Assembly (NCBI GenBank): GCA_001599295.1
Contig: BCGN01000004.1
Span: forward strand, 1,058,138 to 1,122,137
Reading direction: 5' to 3'
Source of the DNA: Sporopachydermia quercuum
Taxonomy: Eukaryota
Length of the DNA: 64,000 nt
Part shown: piece after piece, positions 60,607 through 64,000 of the stretch
Numbering within the stretch: position 1 is the first letter of the stretch
Layout of the letters: the number at the start of each line of letters is the position of its first letter
Translations under genes and position numbers: made by a program
The notes under the pieces: model-generated
What the model was told of the DNA's origin: nothing
Database searches by the model: none
The model's input: only the letters and a program-made list of their open reading frames with translations

Positions 60607-61166
60607 GATTTGTTATAGTTATAGCATATGTGAAAGATAATTTATGATAGTAGATTTGGTACTATAATAATTATAAGGAAAACTAGAAAACAATAAGAAA
60701 GAAAGAGTTGCGATTGGAACTGGAATTAGTATTGGAATAAGGAAAATAACTGACAGATGTTTTGTTTATTACGCATGATGATATAATTACTATAGCATAA
60801 TTACATAGTCGCATAGTCATAGATCTATGTACCGATGTAATAATGTGTTACGATATAAATATCCAACAGAAAACAAAAATATCCTAAACTTATATCCTTG
60901 CCTCCTTAACGCTCTTCAACCTAAATTAAGAAGATATTACAATGCCAATATAATACTGAATTATTTATCTATTCAATTTAAACCTCATATATGCTAACAA
61001 TCAAATACCACCGAAACCATCACAGTTCTCTCAAAATGGCTGAAATTCACTGCCATCTATCCCCAACCAATCTAAATTACCGCTTCTCAATTACCATTGA
61101 ATATTATCGCCTGCAAAACATCTATCCAATTCCATTGCATCCTTGCAAAATCCAGAAAGCTATTCA

Positions 61167-62777
61167 TTAATGCAAAACCCATTTCATAATCCTTAATACC
61201 AAAAATAGAACAACTACAGAAATAAGAGCTAAGAATATGATGCCATTCCTCTTAGCATCTTTTTCTATGGATATGATCTTCCTCCGTTCTTGTTCTATGA
61301 TCATTTCTTGGATTGTAGCCAACCGTTTCTTGTAATCATCCAATTGACCTGCGGCAGCATTCATACGACGTTCAAGTTCTTCAAGTTCTTTCAAATTCTC
61401 AGTTGCTTTCTGCAGTTTCTTTAGTTTTGCTTCAGATTTGGATTCAGTGAAACTAAGCTCAGTAGTCAAAGCTTTAACCATATTATCAGCCGTTCGACGT
61501 AAATATGAAATGTCATCAATTGCTTGTTTAAAAGTTGTCATATAAGCATTGTATCTTAATTCTGATTCGTTGATCTCCATTTTCACCTGGTTTTCAGCAA
61601 ATGAAGATGAGTTTTCAATTTCTTGATCAACTGATTCGATGTTGTTTTTTGATAATGTATAAAGAAACCCAAAAAGTCCTTCAGGCTGAGGACTGCTGAA
61701 TGATTCAAACCATTTTTTGCCGTCATCAAAATGCATGCTATCCTTTTCTAATAAAGTACGATTGATATTAGCTAAATTATAGTTCAGTACGTCTTCTTTG
61801 TTATTATTTGATTGAAAGCTCTTCTGAGTGCGTGCTTTATGCATGGATGGTCTTCTTTGAATTGGCTTTGTACGAGTATATGTAGGAGCAACAACTGAAC
61901 TAGATATTGAATTGTTATCGTCTAAAAAAACACTGTTTCGGCGACTTGAAGCACTGTTTTGATAGAACTGTTTCACCAAAGGTGCTACCGTTTCATTCCC
62001 TTCGCTTTTTCTTAAGTTTTGACTTCTTGAACGAAATCGTTCGATTGAGTCACCATCAAAGGGTGTCAAACTATTGCGGGATAATGTTTGTTTTCCACTA
62101 ACATCATCATAAAGGGGAATCACTGCTATACTATCAGTATCAAAAAATACCCCTTTGGAGCTTTTCCGGCTGCTATTATTGCTACTGTTATTTCCGATAT
62201 TGCTTACATTCGTATTACTGAAATTGTCAATGGTATTTCCGCCAAAATGACCTTCAACTGTTGTTGGCGATATGGATCTCATTGAATGCTCACTTATTCT
62301 GTCATTCTCTGAGAAAGATTGCTTCCGTGATTTGTTTGAATAGCTGTCTTTAGCAATTGATGTCGGTTTTGATGTATAACTATCCCTTCTACCACTGGAT
62401 TCTCTTCCTTTCTCTTTGTTGAGTTTTGCAGCCGTTTTCTGTAGCGAGTCCTGATTTGAGATTGACTTTGGAGAATTTTTCAAACTATTCAACCCAAAAC
62501 TGCGTATTGCATTTGAGTTGCTCCTTAAATCCGGTGTTGGTAAGCTTGCGACTTTTTGGAGACCATTAGCTTCATTCCGAAAAAAACCTTCAGGTAGCTT
62601 TGATAGTTCCTTTGTTTTTTCTTTTAATTCCGCTAAAGATGCATTATACTCTTTTGGATTCTCGTCGGACCGTAATATCGTGGTTTTTGGTTTTCCTGAA
62701 TCAGTAGGTGATGGTGGTGATATCACAACCTCTGGTTGAGGTACATGATGTTCCGGACCTTTGTTATTGAAGCTCAT
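61167..62777 (-). CDS. Tail-anchored coiled-coil protein, Hph1/Frt1-like
   Basis: N-terminal PxIxIT-like PEVVIS, Ser-rich disordered region, coiled coil and a single C-terminal TM helix. The call rests on architecture only. Confidence 0.55.
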   Translation of the reverse strand: MSFNNKGPEHHVPQPEVVISPPSPTDSGKPKTTILRSDENPKEYNASLAELKEKTKELSKLPEGFFRNEANGLQKVASLPTPDLRSNSNAIRSFGLNSLKNSPKSISNQDSLQKTAAKLNKEKGRESSGRRDSYTSKPTSIAKDSYSNKSRKQSFSENDRISEHSMRSISPTTVEGHFGGNTIDNFSNTNVSNIGNNSSNNSSRKSSKGVFFDTDSIAVIPLYDDVSGKQTLSRNSLTPFDGDSIERFRSRSQNLRKSEGNETVAPLVKQFYQNSASSRRNSVFLDDNNSISSSVVAPTYTRTKPIQRRPSMHKARTQKSFQSNNNKEDVLNYNLANINRTLLEKDSMHFDDGKKWFESFSSPQPEGLFGFLYTLSKNNIESVDQEIENSSSFAENQVKMEINESELRYNAYMTTFKQAIDDISYLRRTADNMVKALTTELSFTESKSEAKLKKLQKATENLKELEELERRMNAAAGQLDDYKKRLATIQEMIIEQERRKIISIEKDAKRNGIIFLALISVVVLFLVLRIMKWVLH

Positions 62778-63518
62778 TGCAAATACAAATTATTCTGTTC
62801 CACTGAATTACATCTCATGAGGTTCTTGAAGTTGTAATCTTATGTATATAATATATAATATCATGAAATGCTCATCCGCACTCAAACAACAGTCATCATA
62901 TAGGCGTGCATGTCTAAACAAATCAGTATAGCAGAGTACAGTTGAGTACAGAACCATAGGATCTTACTCTCAGTATCCTCAGGTTACTGGTTGGAACGTT
63001 TTTTCGTACAAAATTTTGGAATAGACTTCAATATTCAACCCTTCCGTTCCCAAACAACCACTATGAAACCAACTACCTTCTCCCATTATTGTTATTGCTA
63101 CTTATCAGTCAGTTTTTAGTCAATCAATCAATTATTTGAATCACATGTGACAGACTCAGAATCATGTAAAGAGAAGCCGGGTAATGAGTTATTTCCCTTA
63201 TAGGAAATTAGAAATTTGTACTCCGATGGGGAATTTGTATGAGAAGTTGTATTACAAATACAAATTAATCTTTTGGATCTGCGATTTACCTAGCCATTAG
63301 ACAGTTAATACAAAGCTGAAAGGCTCATCATATGCTATTTATGTATATAATTACGGGATCAAGAAGGATCTTCTATTATCTTCTGAGTCAGATAAAGAGT
63401 GGAAAAATTTAGGCCGAAGCGAATCGATCTGCTTGATTGTGACTAGAAAGGTTTTCAGTGAAGTAAAGGAAAGTCTAAGGTCTTGATATAATAGAGGTAC
63501 TTATATGCAACAATTGTC

Positions 63519-63959
63519 ATGATGATGCGAATTACTAGTATGCAAACGAGCAGAAGCTTGCTACGGCAAGTGCCTAGAAGAATGCTGAGTTATGGCTCAA
63601 TGCGAACTTTTAATCAAAACAGGCTGAAAGACGGACACCATGTAAATCTGACATCAAGCAGTATGTTACTAAATAGGTTGGGAGTACGAATGTATTCTGA
63701 ATCAGCTGAAAATGCAGAAGCCTCCGGTATGGATAGTTATGAACAGCATATCTATGATATTTTACAAAAAGAGTTGGAACCTAAAGTTCTTGATGTACGG
63801 GATGTATCTGGCGGTTGTGGATCTATGTTCGCCATCACAGTATTCTCAGAAAAGTTCAAAGGAAAACCTATGGTGAAACAACATCGATTAGTGAACGAAA
63901 TTTTAGCTGATGAGATTGCGAAATGGCATGGNCTCCAACTTCGAACTAAGGCTGTTTAA
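63519..63959 (+). CDS. BOL3: Mitochondrial BolA protein (Bol3/Aim1)
   Basis: Arg-rich presequence; DVSGGCGSMF, F.GK.MVKQHRLVN and WH.LQL.T motifs. Confidence 0.93.
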   Translation: MMMRITSMQTSRSLLRQVPRRMLSYGSMRTFNQNRLKDGHHVNLTSSSMLLNRLGVRMYSESAENAEASGMDSYEQHIYDILQKELEPKVLDVRDVSGGCGSMFAITVFSEKFKGKPMVKQHRLVNEILADEIAKWHXLQLRTKAV

Positions 63960-64000
63960 ATCTAGGATTATATTAATGGGATGATAATTGTATATATTAC

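Noticed and set aside
206..62739. Numerous 60-136 aa ORFs antisense to or overlapping real genes, or isolated in intergenic DNA
   Set aside because: Mostly shadow frames, often with TTG/GTG starts and no motifs.
6446..63933. Scattered single N bases
   Set aside because: Frames stay open across them; most likely heterozygous or ambiguous assembly positions rather than recoding.
1..64000. Alternative yeast genetic code (CUG-Ser/Ala) or readthrough-derived PTS1 signals
   Set aside because: CTG falls at conserved hydrophobic positions (e.g. DLF in the RRM; LGI and DLVVTSGG in Fpy1), and the stops I checked (GLN1, GUT1, AHP1) have no SKL-like extension.

Overview
Eukaryotic, AT-rich, gene-dense window from a budding yeast (Saccharomycotina). 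Several points fit an intron-richer, early-diverging lineage using the standard code: yeast-type genes (UTP8, LUG1, ACF4-like), CTG read as Leu at conserved hydrophobic positions, and 14 short spliceosomal introns in 7 genes. About 26 protein-coding genes, mostly housekeeping: IML2 (partial), FPY1, VMA13, GLN1, GUT1, AHP1, CSN12, GID8, LUG1, YRA2-like, MIR1, a HAL5/SAT4 kinase, ZRT3, CDC11, a SAP1/YTA6 AAA ATPase, TIM50, APC13/SWM1, UTP8, VSB1, HPH1/FRT-like and BOL3. I saw no tRNA, rRNA, transposon or CRISPR. The most notable items are only visible after manual splicing. (1) A divergent three-exon NUS1/NgBR-like cis-prenyltransferase subunit has a Pro-rich insertion and lacks the C-terminal (R/N)xG motif. 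(2) A four-exon ~102-aa SUZ-domain gene is absent from the ORF track. (3) A five-exon Aly/REF gene has 27- and 29-nt micro-exons. Also noted: AAG 3' splice sites, an unexplained CGGACAC motif around GLN1 and a long structured segment between the AAA ATPase gene and TIM50. All family calls come from recalled motifs; no searches were run.
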